A stretch of 64,000 nt of DNA from Patescibacteria group bacterium (GTDB lineage: Bacteria; Patescibacteriota; Microgenomatia; UBA1400; PJMF01). The notes beneath the pieces were generated by a model, which saw only the letters and a list, made by a program, of their open reading frames with translations, was not told the DNA's origin and ran no database searches. The stretch's first letter is position 1, and every line of letters begins with the position of its first letter. Below are positions 1-10,126 of the stretch, one piece after another. The stretch covers positions 3,557-67,556 of the forward strand of contig JBGTEY010000008.1 of assembly GCA_041747555.1 (NCBI GenBank), read 5' to 3'. Position numbers and translations under genes: made by a program.

Positions 1-139
1 GTTTTTTTGCACCGTGTGTATTCATGTATCTAGTTTGATGTAGCCTAGATCTTTTATTATAGGATGTCTACGGGCTATAGTCAAGTAACAATAGTATACC
101 GAAGTATTTTGAGATGAAAAGGAATCACTGGTTATTGGA

Positions 140-1138
140 TTATATTTTGAGCAAGAAATCAGTAATTTTCTGCTTAAGAATGGTATCTCTTATCCAAGAC
201 TCGTAGTATGGATCTTTTTTAGCCTGCTCACGGATGTTTGGCTCGCTTGATTTGGTTAGGTATGCCTCATAATCATCATCTGAAACGCTCAGTTTTTCCT
301 CATTTGCCACTGCACCGAGGATTACATTGAGCTGTAATCGAGCGACGACCTCTGCGGCGATCTGCTCACTGAGTTGTTGTGGGGTTAGGTTTCTGCGTTG
401 TAAGAAGTCCTGGAGGGTTAAATTTACCCCTTGGAGTTGTCTCTGGAGTGACTGAAGTTCACCCTCTACTTCTCTTCTGACCAGTAGTTCTGGAATTGAA
501 GGTCTGAGAGTTAGAACGAGTGTTTTGTAGATTTCACCCAAAGTGAAGGACTCTTTTTGCTTTTCTTGGTCTTTTTCACTCTTTATTTCTGCATTTTTGT
601 CAGATTTTTGTTCTTTTTGGAGCTTTTCCCAGTCATTTTTGGCAGTTTTGATGGCTTTTTTGACTAAATCTTTGTATTTTTCGAGTTTTACTGTGGGAGC
701 CTCAGCGATTTCTGCAATTAATTTCCATTCCTGATCTTTTTCAATTGAAATTGGTCGGATATCTGGATGAGTGAGGGGCTGCTTCTTGAGCTTTGTCATT
801 GTTTCGCGATAAATATCTGGCAAAACGATCTCAAGTGCCTGCTGAATAATTTCTGCTGATCCAATTTCTTTTTCGGCAACGTGGGCTGGGACCTTACCTT
901 TTCTAAAACCAGAAACTTTCATTTTGGGAGCTAGTTTTTTGAGCGCCTGGGCGTATGCGTTTTGTGCGGTTTTTTTATCAACAATGAGCTCAACTTTGGT
1001 GTTTTCTGCAATTGCATCGCTAACAGTTTCAGCGGTTTTGCTGTGGGTGTGTTGGTGATCGTGCCCATGGTCATGGTCATGGTCGTGATCGTGATCATGG
1101 TTGTGACTGGTAGATGATTTTGAGGTGGTATTTGCCAT
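140..1138 (-). CDS. tig: Trigger factor, short form lacking the FKBP PPIase domain, with a His-rich N-terminal extension
   Basis: Ribosome-binding signature VSGFRKGKVP; C-terminal chaperone region (IPELLVRREV); only 332 aa. Confidence 0.9.
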   Translation of the reverse strand: MANTTSKSSTSHNHDHDHDHDHDHGHDHQHTHSKTAETVSDAIAENTKVELIVDKKTAQNAYAQALKKLAPKMKVSGFRKGKVPAHVAEKEIGSAEIIQQALEIVLPDIYRETMTKLKKQPLTHPDIRPISIEKDQEWKLIAEIAEAPTVKLEKYKDLVKKAIKTAKNDWEKLQKEQKSDKNAEIKSEKDQEKQKESFTLGEIYKTLVLTLRPSIPELLVRREVEGELQSLQRQLQGVNLTLQDFLQRRNLTPQQLSEQIAAEVVARLQLNVILGAVANEEKLSVSDDDYEAYLTKSSEPNIREQAKKDPYYESWIRDTILKQKITDFLLKI

Positions 1139-1241
1139 AGGTTGAGTATTATACCGTACCCTGTCCAGTCTGTGAGCTGGTATACTACTATCTTGGAGAT
1201 ATTTTCCCGTTCGCGCGGGACCTACTTATATAAAGGACAGT

Positions 1242-2081
1242 ATGTCAGAAGACCAACAATCAACACTCCTACACGTCATTTGCGATTATGTCGCGGGAGG
1301 CATGGAATTTGGTGAAATTACCAATCGCTTGCAGTTTCATCTAAATAATCCACATGGTGTGCGAATTCACCCTACCTCTGTCCCCCCACTTGATACGATG
1401 GGAATTGGGTTTGTAACCGCACAGTATGCAAATGCACCGTGTGAAGGCAGAATGTTCATTTATGGAAATGCCGCACCTCGCAGAGGCAGTGTCAAAGCAC
1501 AAAAAAATAACTTGGACGAAGGTATTTACTACGCACGACTTAAAAATGGCGTTGAAATCGTAAATGTCATGTCTCGATTTGCATTTGGGTTTGTAAAAAA
1601 TGACATTGAGGAATTCAGAGGTATTGACTGCCCTGCTGCAGGATCGCAATTTAGGTCAAGAGACTTTTTCCCTGAGCGTGTTGCAAAATTAATTAATGGC
1701 GACAGATCCATTTTGACCGAGGAATTTGATGTCGCAGATATTCCTGATGTACCAAGCAACTTAGTTGCGTGGACAGACGGTTTTGGGAATATTAAAACCA
1801 CCATGAGAAAGTCAGATCTTGAAAAAGCCGGGCTCAAAACCGGCCAGATGGTGCAAGTGATTTTAAATGGCGTGAGTATGCTTGGGGTGATCGCAACCGG
1901 CGGTTTCACCGTTGATCGAGGTGTACTTGCTGTTAATGTGGGATCTTCTGGGTATGATAATCCTTTCGTCGAGTTATTCTTGCGCGTCCATCACATGAGA
2001 GAAAAAACTGCTTCAGTGCGCTTTGATTTCCCAGAAGGTGGCACACCGTTTGAGCTCAGACCCATTGGCGACGTCAAATAA
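1242..2081 (+). CDS. SAM hydroxide adenosyltransferase / chlorinase-fluorinase (DUF62)-like protein
   Basis: N-terminal ICDY, GSQFRSRDFF (family TFHGRD-like) and WTDGFGNIKT (family D.FGN..T) motifs; SD-like AAGGA upstream. Confidence 0.7.
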   Translation: MSEDQQSTLLHVICDYVAGGMEFGEITNRLQFHLNNPHGVRIHPTSVPPLDTMGIGFVTAQYANAPCEGRMFIYGNAAPRRGSVKAQKNNLDEGIYYARLKNGVEIVNVMSRFAFGFVKNDIEEFRGIDCPAAGSQFRSRDFFPERVAKLINGDRSILTEEFDVADIPDVPSNLVAWTDGFGNIKTTMRKSDLEKAGLKTGQMVQVILNGVSMLGVIATGGFTVDRGVLAVNVGSSGYDNPFVELFLRVHHMREKTASVRFDFPEGGTPFELRPIGDVK

Positions 2082-2115
2082 GTTGCTAGAGTACGGTATA
2101 CTAAAGCTTGAAATC

Positions 2116-2189
2116 GGCGCGGTACCAGAGTGGTCTAATGGCTAGGTCTGCAAAACCTCAGTTCACGGGTTCGAATCCCGTCCGCGCCT
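2116..2189 (+). tRNA. tRNA-Cys(GCA)
   Basis: GGCGCGG/CCGCGCC acceptor stem, anticodon loop CT-GCA-AA, GGTTCGAATCC T-arm. Confidence 0.95.
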
Positions 2190-2220
2190 CAGAGCTTGTT
2201 CAATGGTAAAATATCCCCTC

Positions 2221-3381
2221 ATGCCAACGCAAAAAACCTACTTCATCCACACCTTCGGCTGCCAGTCCAACAAAAGTGACTCAGAGCGGATTGCTGGTGA
2301 CTATCAAGCGCGAGGCTATCAGGAAGCTCCCACGTGGCAAGATTGTGACGAGCTCGTGGTCAACACCTGTGCCATTCGCCAACGCGCAGAGGATCGTGCG
2401 CGTGGATTTTTAAATAACGTCAAAATTTACTTCGAATCGAACGCAAAAAAACGCCCCAAAATCATCCTAACCGGCTGCATGGTCCACCACGGCAACGAAA
2501 AACTCTACGAAATGATGCCGATTCTTGACGAGATTTTGCCAATTAATGAGGTGGGATTTAATCAGGCTGCCGTTCGAAAAGATACCAAGCACGCGTGGAT
2601 ACCTATTTCTACAGGCTGCAATTCTTACTGCACGTATTGCATCGTCCCCTACTCTCGAGGTCGAGAGCAATCGCGAACTCTTGAATCAATAGTAGAAGAA
2701 GTTGACCGCCTAGTTTCTGAAGGCTACAGCGAAATTACCCTGCTTGGAATGAATGTTAACTCCTGGGGCCTCGAAAAAGTCGGCATTGGTTTTCGAAAAT
2801 TAATGATGCAAAATGGCGATTTTACCAGAGAAGATTTGCCTGATAATCAGACACAATACCTCAAGCCAAAAGAGACGCCCCCGTTTGTAAAATTGCTCAG
2901 AGCCGTGTCCTCACCTGATGAAATAAAAACAGTCCGATTTATGACGAGTAACCCATGGGACTTTCATGACGAATTGATAGAGGAAATTGCGACCAACAAA
3001 AAAATTGATCGCTTTGTCCATTTGCCCGTGCAATCAGGAAGCAATACCGTGCTCTACCGCATGAATCGTGGATATACCCGTGAAATGTACATCGATGTAG
3101 TGAATAAACTGCGTGCTGCAGATCCAGAAATTGTAATCGGCACCGATATCATTGTTGGATTCCCCGGTGAAACAGATGAAGAATTTGAGGAAACGGTTAC
3201 TCTCGCACAAGAAATGGACTGGAAAGCAGGTTTCGTCGCAATGTATTCTCCCAGACCAGGAACCGCCAGCTGGAGAATTTACGAGGATGACATTCCACAC
3301 ACCGTAAAAAAGAAACGCTGGGAAATTCTTGACGAGATAATCAATAAGCAAAATCTTGGCAACCGACCAGTGATTGTGTAA
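2221..3381 (+). CDS. miaB: MiaB-like radical SAM tRNA methylthiotransferase, no TRAM domain
   Basis: TFGCQSN, VNTCAIR, LTGC (UPF0004 cysteines); CNSYCTYC radical SAM motif; adjacent to miaA; start placed at the ATG 8 nt after TGGTAAAAT. Confidence 0.88.
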   Translation: MPTQKTYFIHTFGCQSNKSDSERIAGDYQARGYQEAPTWQDCDELVVNTCAIRQRAEDRARGFLNNVKIYFESNAKKRPKIILTGCMVHHGNEKLYEMMPILDEILPINEVGFNQAAVRKDTKHAWIPISTGCNSYCTYCIVPYSRGREQSRTLESIVEEVDRLVSEGYSEITLLGMNVNSWGLEKVGIGFRKLMMQNGDFTREDLPDNQTQYLKPKETPPFVKLLRAVSSPDEIKTVRFMTSNPWDFHDELIEEIATNKKIDRFVHLPVQSGSNTVLYRMNRGYTREMYIDVVNKLRAADPEIVIGTDIIVGFPGETDEEFEETVTLAQEMDWKAGFVAMYSPRPGTASWRIYEDDIPHTVKKKRWEILDEIINKQNLGNRPVIV

Positions 3382-4418
3382 TGCCTGATTCCTCAAAAAA
3401 CCCACTTATTTCAATTGTTGGTACCACGGCCACCGGGAAAACAAACTTAGCACTTGAGTTGGCGAGTGCAATTCTTAGTACATCTGCTCATGCAGCTATA
3501 CCACTATTCTCTGGAGTTTCTTTAATTTCAGCTGACTCACGACAAGTGTATCGCGAGCTTGAAATACTGTCCGGAGCTGACATTCCGGCAAATTTTACAC
3601 ATCAAAAAGCCACGAGTTATGATGCATTCTCATCGTTTATTAGCCGAGATGGCAAAATTGAGCTCCATGGCACGGGCATAATTTCTGTCTCAGACGAGTG
3701 GTCAGCAGGCTTATTTCAGTCTTGGGTGTTGCCAATTTTATTGAATGCATTCGAGAATCAAAAATTACCCATCGTTATCGGTGGCACTGGTCTGTACCAT
3801 CGAATGCTCACCGAAGAAGACACTCAATTGACCGTTCCACCAGATGAAACGCTGAGAAGTTGGGCGCAGGACCAATCGGTTGAAGAACTACAAAAGCGTC
3901 TTTCAGGCATTACCGCCAGCCGACTCGAATCTATGAATGAATCAGATCGCAAAAACCCGCGTCGCTTAATTCGAGCAATTGAAATTGCTGGCGCTGGGTT
4001 GGAAAATTCAGCATCACCAGATTTTAAACGCAACTTTTCACAAAAAATTTCTGAAGCAGAGCACGCGTGGTATGGTGTCACCGCCTCACAGGGTGTACTC
4101 CGCGAACGAATTTCTAAACGAGTTGAGCAGCGACTTGAGGCTGGGGTGCTAAGTGAGGTTGAAGCACTGATGAAAAACAACAACCTTGAGGATAGTCAAG
4201 CAAGTACTACTTTAGGTTTACGCGAGTGCGTGGCGTACATCTCTGGAGAAATTTCTTCAGAGCAGCTTAGACAAGATTGGATCACCAAAGAACTTCAATA
4301 CGCCAAAAGACAAAAAACGTGGTGGAAGCAGCACGATAAGATAACTTGGTTTGATACCACTGATGGTAGCTGGTTAGCAAATGCGGTCAAGCATATTCAT
4401 TCTGAACTAAGTCTCTAG
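3381..4418 (+). CDS. miaA: tRNA dimethylallyltransferase
   Basis: GTTATGKT P-loop, SADSRQVY, GGTGLY, NPRRLIRAIE, QYAKRQKTW. Confidence 0.95.
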   Translation: MPDSSKNPLISIVGTTATGKTNLALELASAILSTSAHAAIPLFSGVSLISADSRQVYRELEILSGADIPANFTHQKATSYDAFSSFISRDGKIELHGTGIISVSDEWSAGLFQSWVLPILLNAFENQKLPIVIGGTGLYHRMLTEEDTQLTVPPDETLRSWAQDQSVEELQKRLSGITASRLESMNESDRKNPRRLIRAIEIAGAGLENSASPDFKRNFSQKISEAEHAWYGVTASQGVLRERISKRVEQRLEAGVLSEVEALMKNNNLEDSQASTTLGLRECVAYISGEISSEQLRQDWITKELQYAKRQKTWWKQHDKITWFDTTDGSWLANAVKHIHSELSL

Positions 4419-4454
4419 CTGACTAACGTCTCAATTCCCTGTATACTTTCCCCT

Positions 4455-5471
4455 ATGCTTCAATTCTTATTCGGTTCAAACACCAAAACTGTGCATATCT
4501 CACTCCAATCGGTTTTTAATGCGATTGTCTTGATCTTGGGTCTGTATGGACTCTATTTGATTCGGTCGATTTTAGTGTTGGTTTTTCTTGGGTTTATTTT
4601 GATGGTCGCCATTAATCCGCTTGTGAAACTACTGCAACGCTGGACGAAAGTTCCCCGAGCTATTGCAATCGCCATTACCTACGTGACCCTCCTTTCTTTA
4701 CTCACGCTCGCAATCGCCGTAGTCATCCCACCACTTGCCACAGAAATTACTGCTTTAGTGAGGAGTATTCCAATTCCGGTGCTCCAAGAACAAATTGCTG
4801 ATTTGAAATTTACCGTTCAGGAATGGAATACAGTTATTGAACGAGTCGGCACTTCACTGCCGTTACTCTATAATGTGATTAGCACCACATTTAGCGGTGT
4901 ATTCGGCTTTGTCACCTTGCTTGTTATAACCTTTTATATGCTCTTAGAGCGACCAATTTTATACAAGAAAATTGGCTGGTTCACAAAAAATAAAAAACAC
5001 TTCACAGAAGCTAAAGATATTTTGAACATGCTCGAAGTCCAGCTGGGTGGTTGGGTACGAGGACAGATTATTTTGATGCTTGTGGTTGGAGTTGTGACGT
5101 ATATTGGGTTGTCTCTGCTTTCAATTCCGTACGCTGTCCCACTGGCGATTCTAGCTGCGCTACTTGAGATATTACCTAATTTGGGTCCAACTTTGGCCGC
5201 AGTGCCCTCAATTTTTATTGCGTATATCACCTTTGGCCCAGCAATGGCGGGCATTATTCTGTTGCTCTATATCATTATTCAGCAAGTTGAAAGTACCTTT
5301 TTGGCACCAAGAATTATGCAGGTAAATGCAAATGTTGATCCCTTGGCGTCAATCTTGCTCATTCTGGTAGGACATCAAATTGCGGGGATACCGGGAGCGC
5401 TTTTAGCAATTCCGTTTTACATTGTTTTGCGTCTTTTATACTCTCTGTATCGTCACAAGATATTAGATTGA
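4455..5471 (+). CDS. AI-2E (PerM/YhhT) family transporter
   Basis: Multi-TM protein with GGWVRGQ, LEILPNLGP and IQQVES..LAPRIM motifs. Confidence 0.9.
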   Translation: MLQFLFGSNTKTVHISLQSVFNAIVLILGLYGLYLIRSILVLVFLGFILMVAINPLVKLLQRWTKVPRAIAIAITYVTLLSLLTLAIAVVIPPLATEITALVRSIPIPVLQEQIADLKFTVQEWNTVIERVGTSLPLLYNVISTTFSGVFGFVTLLVITFYMLLERPILYKKIGWFTKNKKHFTEAKDILNMLEVQLGGWVRGQIILMLVVGVVTYIGLSLLSIPYAVPLAILAALLEILPNLGPTLAAVPSIFIAYITFGPAMAGIILLLYIIIQQVESTFLAPRIMQVNANVDPLASILLILVGHQIAGIPGALLAIPFYIVLRLLYSLYRHKILD

Positions 5472-5538
5472 TAAATCAATTTAATTTTAATTTTTTCTAT
5501 AAAAATGTACCTAAACGGTGTATAATAGAATAATGCTT

Positions 5539-5872
5539 CACGGTGCAGGTACTGGCTGTGATTTATCACAGAGGAAAGTCCGGACAGCAGAATAGAGGGT
5601 GTCCTTCAATTTGAGAAGGAGTGCCGCTTCGGCGGTACCAGTTAGAGCAACAGTGACGATGATTCTTTTGAATCGTGAAACGCCTATGACCAATGAGTAA
5701 TCATTGCGAGGTCGGCTCTGTCTTTTGGCAGAATCGAGGCAATCCTCCCCGCTGCAACTGACGATCTTCACCGAAATGGATCTATTCCCTATCGCTGCTA
5801 TACGCAGCACGGTGATCATGTTCAGGCAAAGATACATCAGTACCTCAAACAGAATCCGGCTTATGCACCGTG
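5539..5872 (+). ncRNA. rnpB: RNase P RNA
   Basis: GAGGAAAGTCCGG near the 5' end and ACAGAATCCGGCTTA near the 3' end (P4); CACGGTGCA/TGCACCGTG P1 helix; TATAAT upstream. Confidence 0.95.
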
Positions 5873-5967
5873 TCGCATATTTAAAGTACGGTACTCAAAT
5901 TCGCGACCCCAGACACACAAAAAAATACTGTATAATGGGAAAAAAGTAGCTACGAAAGTATTCCCGT

Positions 5968-6666
5968 ATGCAACAACTTTCATTCTATGAAACGTTTTCA
6001 CTGATCATCACCCAGGCACTGGCTGATACCGTTGTGTATTTGCCAAGAATTATTGCCGCACTTGTTATTTTTATCATTGGAGCAGCTCTTGCACGGGCAT
6101 TTCGGACTCTTGTTAAGAGTATGCTGGACTCATTAAGTCTCTCATCTGCTGTTGAAAAAACACCTATAGAGCACTTCCTGAGAAATGCAGACATTACCCA
6201 TAAATTTGAAGAAATTGTTGCCAGTATTATGTACTGGGTTGTGATGTTGGTGGTAATTCATACAACTGTCACTATTTTAGGACTCTCTTCTCTCTCGCTA
6301 CTTTTGCAAGGAGTTATTGGATTCCTGCCAAGAGTCGTATCATCAATAATAATTCTCTTCTTCGGAGTACTCTTTGCGGGCATGGTTGAAACACTTGTAA
6401 AAGGAGCAATTAAAAGTCTGGACGGTCGTAGTTCACGCTTGTTAGGAAAAATTGCGAGCTATTTAGTAGTTGTCATGGCGAGCATGGCTGCAGTTTCAGA
6501 ACTAGGCATTGCTGAGGAGTTTATTCTTGTCATGTTTGTTGGATTTATCGCCACACTCACCATTGCGGGTGGCCTAGCATTTGGCCTGGGAAGTAAAGGC
6601 CTCGTCGCTACGGTGCTAGAAAAGTGGTACAAAGACGTTCAGAAGCAAGTTAAAGAGAAGAAATAA
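5968..6666 (+). CDS. Conserved TM-helix repeat protein (CmpX / MscS-associated TM_helix type)
   Basis: Two repeats of (Y/F)LPR(I/V)..A/S.IIF..G and C-terminal GLAFGLG.K. Confidence 0.75.
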   Translation: MQQLSFYETFSLIITQALADTVVYLPRIIAALVIFIIGAALARAFRTLVKSMLDSLSLSSAVEKTPIEHFLRNADITHKFEEIVASIMYWVVMLVVIHTTVTILGLSSLSLLLQGVIGFLPRVVSSIIILFFGVLFAGMVETLVKGAIKSLDGRSSRLLGKIASYLVVVMASMAAVSELGIAEEFILVMFVGFIATLTIAGGLAFGLGSKGLVATVLEKWYKDVQKQVKEKK

Positions 6667-6677
6667 CATAGAGCCTT

Positions 6678-7481
6678 ATGACCGACCTACTGATGGCTGC
6701 CGCCTTGGGATTTATTCAAGGTGTCACAGAATTTTTGCCCGTTTCTAGTTCTGGTCATTTAGTACTACTTCAAGATATTTTTAATATAGAGCGAAATTCT
6801 CTTCTTTTTGAAACCGCACTACACGCTGCAACGCTCGTGGCAGTTATTATTTTTTTTAGAAAACGATTGCTAAAAAGTTCTTTTCATGACTTGATAGTGT
6901 TGGGTGTTGGAACGATTCCTGCAGTGATTGTGGGACTTGGCGCATCTTCACTCATTAAAGGAGCATTTTCATCTTCGCTCCTTGTTGGAGTCACATTGCT
7001 CATCACAGCTGGCATAAATGTACTGACAGATCGTTTATTAGAAAGACAAAAAACACTCGCTGTTGAAACTACAGTTAAAAGTAAAACAGAAATAAATGGT
7101 ATTGCAAATACATCATTCACAACTGCATTTATAGTTGGGATGTATCAAGCGGTTGCTATTATTCCCGGCATCTCACGCTCGGGAAGTACAATCTTAGGTG
7201 GACTCACCAGAGGGTTTACCAGAATGCAGGCATTTGAATTTTCATTTTTGTTGTCAGTGCCCGCAATCTTGGGGGCAATGACGCTTCAGGTAGTAGAGCT
7301 GATGGACGGTTCGGTAGAAACAATTGCAACTCAAGAGCTTGCGGCCGGTATGATTACGGCTTTCATTAGTGGTTTACTCAGTTTAAAGCTGCTACAAATC
7401 ATGATTGTGAAAGCTCGTTTTGAGTGGTTTGCGTGGTACTGCGGGGCTTTGGGAATCATTACCATCCTGGTGAATTTGTGA
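6678..7481 (+). CDS. uppP: Undecaprenyl-diphosphate phosphatase
   Basis: QGVTEFLPVSSSGHL, PGISRSGST, FSFLLSVPAILGA. Confidence 0.96.
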   Translation: MTDLLMAAALGFIQGVTEFLPVSSSGHLVLLQDIFNIERNSLLFETALHAATLVAVIIFFRKRLLKSSFHDLIVLGVGTIPAVIVGLGASSLIKGAFSSSLLVGVTLLITAGINVLTDRLLERQKTLAVETTVKSKTEINGIANTSFTTAFIVGMYQAVAIIPGISRSGSTILGGLTRGFTRMQAFEFSFLLSVPAILGAMTLQVVELMDGSVETIATQELAAGMITAFISGLLSLKLLQIMIVKARFEWFAWYCGALGIITILVNL

Positions 7482-7490
7482 GGATTTTTC

Positions 7491-8990
7491 TTAATTTGTT
7501 TTGGATCGAAACTGGAGTGCTTCCGCGACGTGTTGGTGCTTAATTGTATCTGAGCTGGACAGATCTGCGATTGTTCTCGCTACTTTTATGGTTCTAAAAT
7601 AGTTTCTGGCCGAGAGATTGAGGCGATGGGCAGCTTGGGTGAGGAACTGCTGCGTTTTTTTATCAATGACGCATGACTGGTGTAACTGCTGGGAAGAAAT
7701 TGTGGCATTGGTCACTGTTGATGCCTTATAGCGCGCACTTTGTCGTGCTCTTGCCTGCATGACGCGCCCCTGAATTTGAATTGACGATTCTGCTGGTTCA
7801 GTACTTGAGAGCAACGACACGTTGACCGATGGTAATTCAACATGAAGATCAAATCTATCTAGGAGTGGTCCAGATAATTTTCTTTGATACCGATGAATTG
7901 TAGTTGGGCTGCAGACACAAACTTTTTTGATGGAGCCACTGTATCCGCAAGGACAGGGATTTGCTGCAGCAATGATGCTGCAGACTGCAGGAAAGATTAC
8001 CGTCTCTTGAGCACGGACAATTGATATTTGACCATCTTCTAGCGGTTGCCTCAGTGACTCAAGACAATCTCGAGAAAATTCTGGCAGTTCATCTAAAAAT
8101 AACACGCCTCTATGAGCAAGGGACAGCTCTCCTGGCTTGATTGGGGAGTGACCACCAAGTAGGCCACTTCTCGATGTAGCATGATGGGGCGAGCGATAAG
8201 GTCGTTGGTTGATGTATCCTGATTGGGTAAGGCCACACAATGAATGGAGCGCAGTCACCTCAATGGATTCTTGTTTGGTAAGCGGGGGTAAAATACTTGG
8301 CAAAGCTTTTGCGAGCATGCTCTTTCCTGCTCCGGGAGGTCCGGTCATCAAGACGTTGTGTCCGCCGGCTGCTGCAATCTCCAATGCTCTTTTTGCTAAT
8401 TCTTGACCCCGAATGTTGGAAAAGGAATCAGTGCCAGCACTATTTTGAGGTGGCGGCACAAATGAAACATCCGTTGAAAGTGGTTTATTTTCATACAAGT
8501 AGTCGATAAGTTCTGAAATATGTCGAACGGGATGTATGACGTAGTCGCTCAAGAGAGATAATTCTCCAAGATTACCATGCGGCAAAACAATCGTCTTAAT
8601 GGAGTCATTCGAAAGCCCCGTTATCATTGCTAACGCACCTCGAACGGGCTTAATGCTGCCATCAAGTGAGAGCTCTCCAAGAAACAAAGTATTACTTATT
8701 TTGGCTGTACTTCGACGTAGTGAGATTAATAATGCTGCACAAATTGCCAGCTCATAGTGACTCCCTACCTTGGGAATATCAGCCGGTGCAAGATTAATTA
8801 CAATTCTTGATGATGGAATGCGAATGCCACAGCTTACCAATGCCGACCGAATGCGCTCTCTGGACTCAACAATGGTTTTTCCCGCCAATCCGATCAAAAT
8901 TAGTTGAGGTGTGCCACGAACTTTACTCACTTCGACGCGAACAAGTTGAGAAAAGAGGCCACTGAGTGCTGCGGTATACGTTACATTCAC
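7491..8990 (-). CDS. comM: ComM/YifB Mg-chelatase-like AAA+ ATPase
   Basis: INLAPAD, GPPGAGKS, PYRSPHH, LFLDELPEF, NPCPCG, LSGPLLDRFD. Confidence 0.93.
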   Translation of the reverse strand: MNVTYTAALSGLFSQLVRVEVSKVRGTPQLILIGLAGKTIVESRERIRSALVSCGIRIPSSRIVINLAPADIPKVGSHYELAICAALLISLRRSTAKISNTLFLGELSLDGSIKPVRGALAMITGLSNDSIKTIVLPHGNLGELSLLSDYVIHPVRHISELIDYLYENKPLSTDVSFVPPPQNSAGTDSFSNIRGQELAKRALEIAAAGGHNVLMTGPPGAGKSMLAKALPSILPPLTKQESIEVTALHSLCGLTQSGYINQRPYRSPHHATSRSGLLGGHSPIKPGELSLAHRGVLFLDELPEFSRDCLESLRQPLEDGQISIVRAQETVIFPAVCSIIAAANPCPCGYSGSIKKVCVCSPTTIHRYQRKLSGPLLDRFDLHVELPSVNVSLLSSTEPAESSIQIQGRVMQARARQSARYKASTVTNATISSQQLHQSCVIDKKTQQFLTQAAHRLNLSARNYFRTIKVARTIADLSSSDTIKHQHVAEALQFRSKTN

Positions 8991-9049
8991 AATACAGAGT
9001 ATGACGCCGCAACCTTACATGAAGGCTACAAGTGTTTTTCTGTCGGGAC

Positions 9050-10108
9050 CTATTGGACTGCATTTAGGGCGGCAATCTGCTCAATTAAGCGATTGCAATA
9101 TCCCCATTCGTTATCGTACCAACTGATGACTTTAAGCATATTTCCGCTGACTACGTTGGTTAGTGAGAGGTCTACGATTGATGACTCGGGCCTACCCACA
9201 ATATCTGATGAAACGACAGGATCATTGGTCACGGCAAGTATGCCCTTCCAGCGATCAAGCGTGCTCGCATTTTTGAAAATTTCATTTACTTCTTCAATTG
9301 TCGTATCTCTGCTCGTCAAGAAAACCATATCAGAAAGTGAGCCAACGGGCGTTGGTACACGCACGGCCAATCCGTCGAACTTACCCTTCAATTGAGGGAT
9401 AATTTCTGTAGTAGCTTTAGCTGCGCCGGTGCTTGTTGGAATGATATTTTCAGCTGCAGAGCGTGATCGTCTCAGATCCTTGTGTGAATTATCTTGGGTG
9501 TTTTGATCGTCAGTGTACGAATGAATTGTTGTGAGCATCGCTTTCTCAACGCCAATGTGTTGATCAATGAGTTGGACAACTGGAGCCACGCAGTTTGTGG
9601 TACAAGATGCATTTGAAAATACCTTGATATTTCGGTCAAATTCATTTACTCCGATCACAGAAGTGCTAATATTTCCATCACCCCCTGGAGCCGAAATTAA
9701 CACGGCATGCGCACCAGCCACAAAGTGCTGTGACGCCTTTTCTTCACTGGTAAAAACACCCGTAGATTCAATAACTGTATGCACTTCGTGCGCTCCCCAT
9801 GGAATTTTGGTTGGATCGCGTTGAGCGGTGACGGTAATGGTGTGGGAGCCGATGGAAATGGTTCCCAAGACTGGATCTTCGTCGGTTACGTCCTTTTTTG
9901 ATTGATGACGTTCGGTCGTAATTTCTTCTAAAAAGACACCATAATTCGAGTCGTATTTGAGCAGGTGAACCCATTGCTCAATGTCCATTGATCCCGAAGT
10001 ATTTATGACTGCCAATTCTGATTGGTCCTTAAACCTCGTCCACCAAACCCGGAACGAAGTCCGTCCAATTCTTCCAAATCCATTTATTCCAAAGCGTGGG
10101 CTGGCCAT
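9050..10108 (-). CDS. gap: Type I glyceraldehyde-3-phosphate dehydrogenase
   Basis: GINGFGRIGR, SNASCTTNC, SWYDNEWGY. Confidence 0.97.
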   Translation of the reverse strand: MASPRFGINGFGRIGRTSFRVWWTRFKDQSELAVINTSGSMDIEQWVHLLKYDSNYGVFLEEITTERHQSKKDVTDEDPVLGTISIGSHTITVTAQRDPTKIPWGAHEVHTVIESTGVFTSEEKASQHFVAGAHAVLISAPGGDGNISTSVIGVNEFDRNIKVFSNASCTTNCVAPVVQLIDQHIGVEKAMLTTIHSYTDDQNTQDNSHKDLRRSRSAAENIIPTSTGAAKATTEIIPQLKGKFDGLAVRVPTPVGSLSDMVFLTSRDTTIEEVNEIFKNASTLDRWKGILAVTNDPVVSSDIVGRPESSIVDLSLTNVVSGNMLKVISWYDNEWGYCNRLIEQIAALNAVQ

Positions 10109-10126
10109 AGATCTCCTTTTTATATA

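Noticed and set aside
5538-5949. ORFs 5538-5837 (-) and 5704-5949 (+)
   Set aside because: They overlap the RNase P RNA, which explains the sequence.
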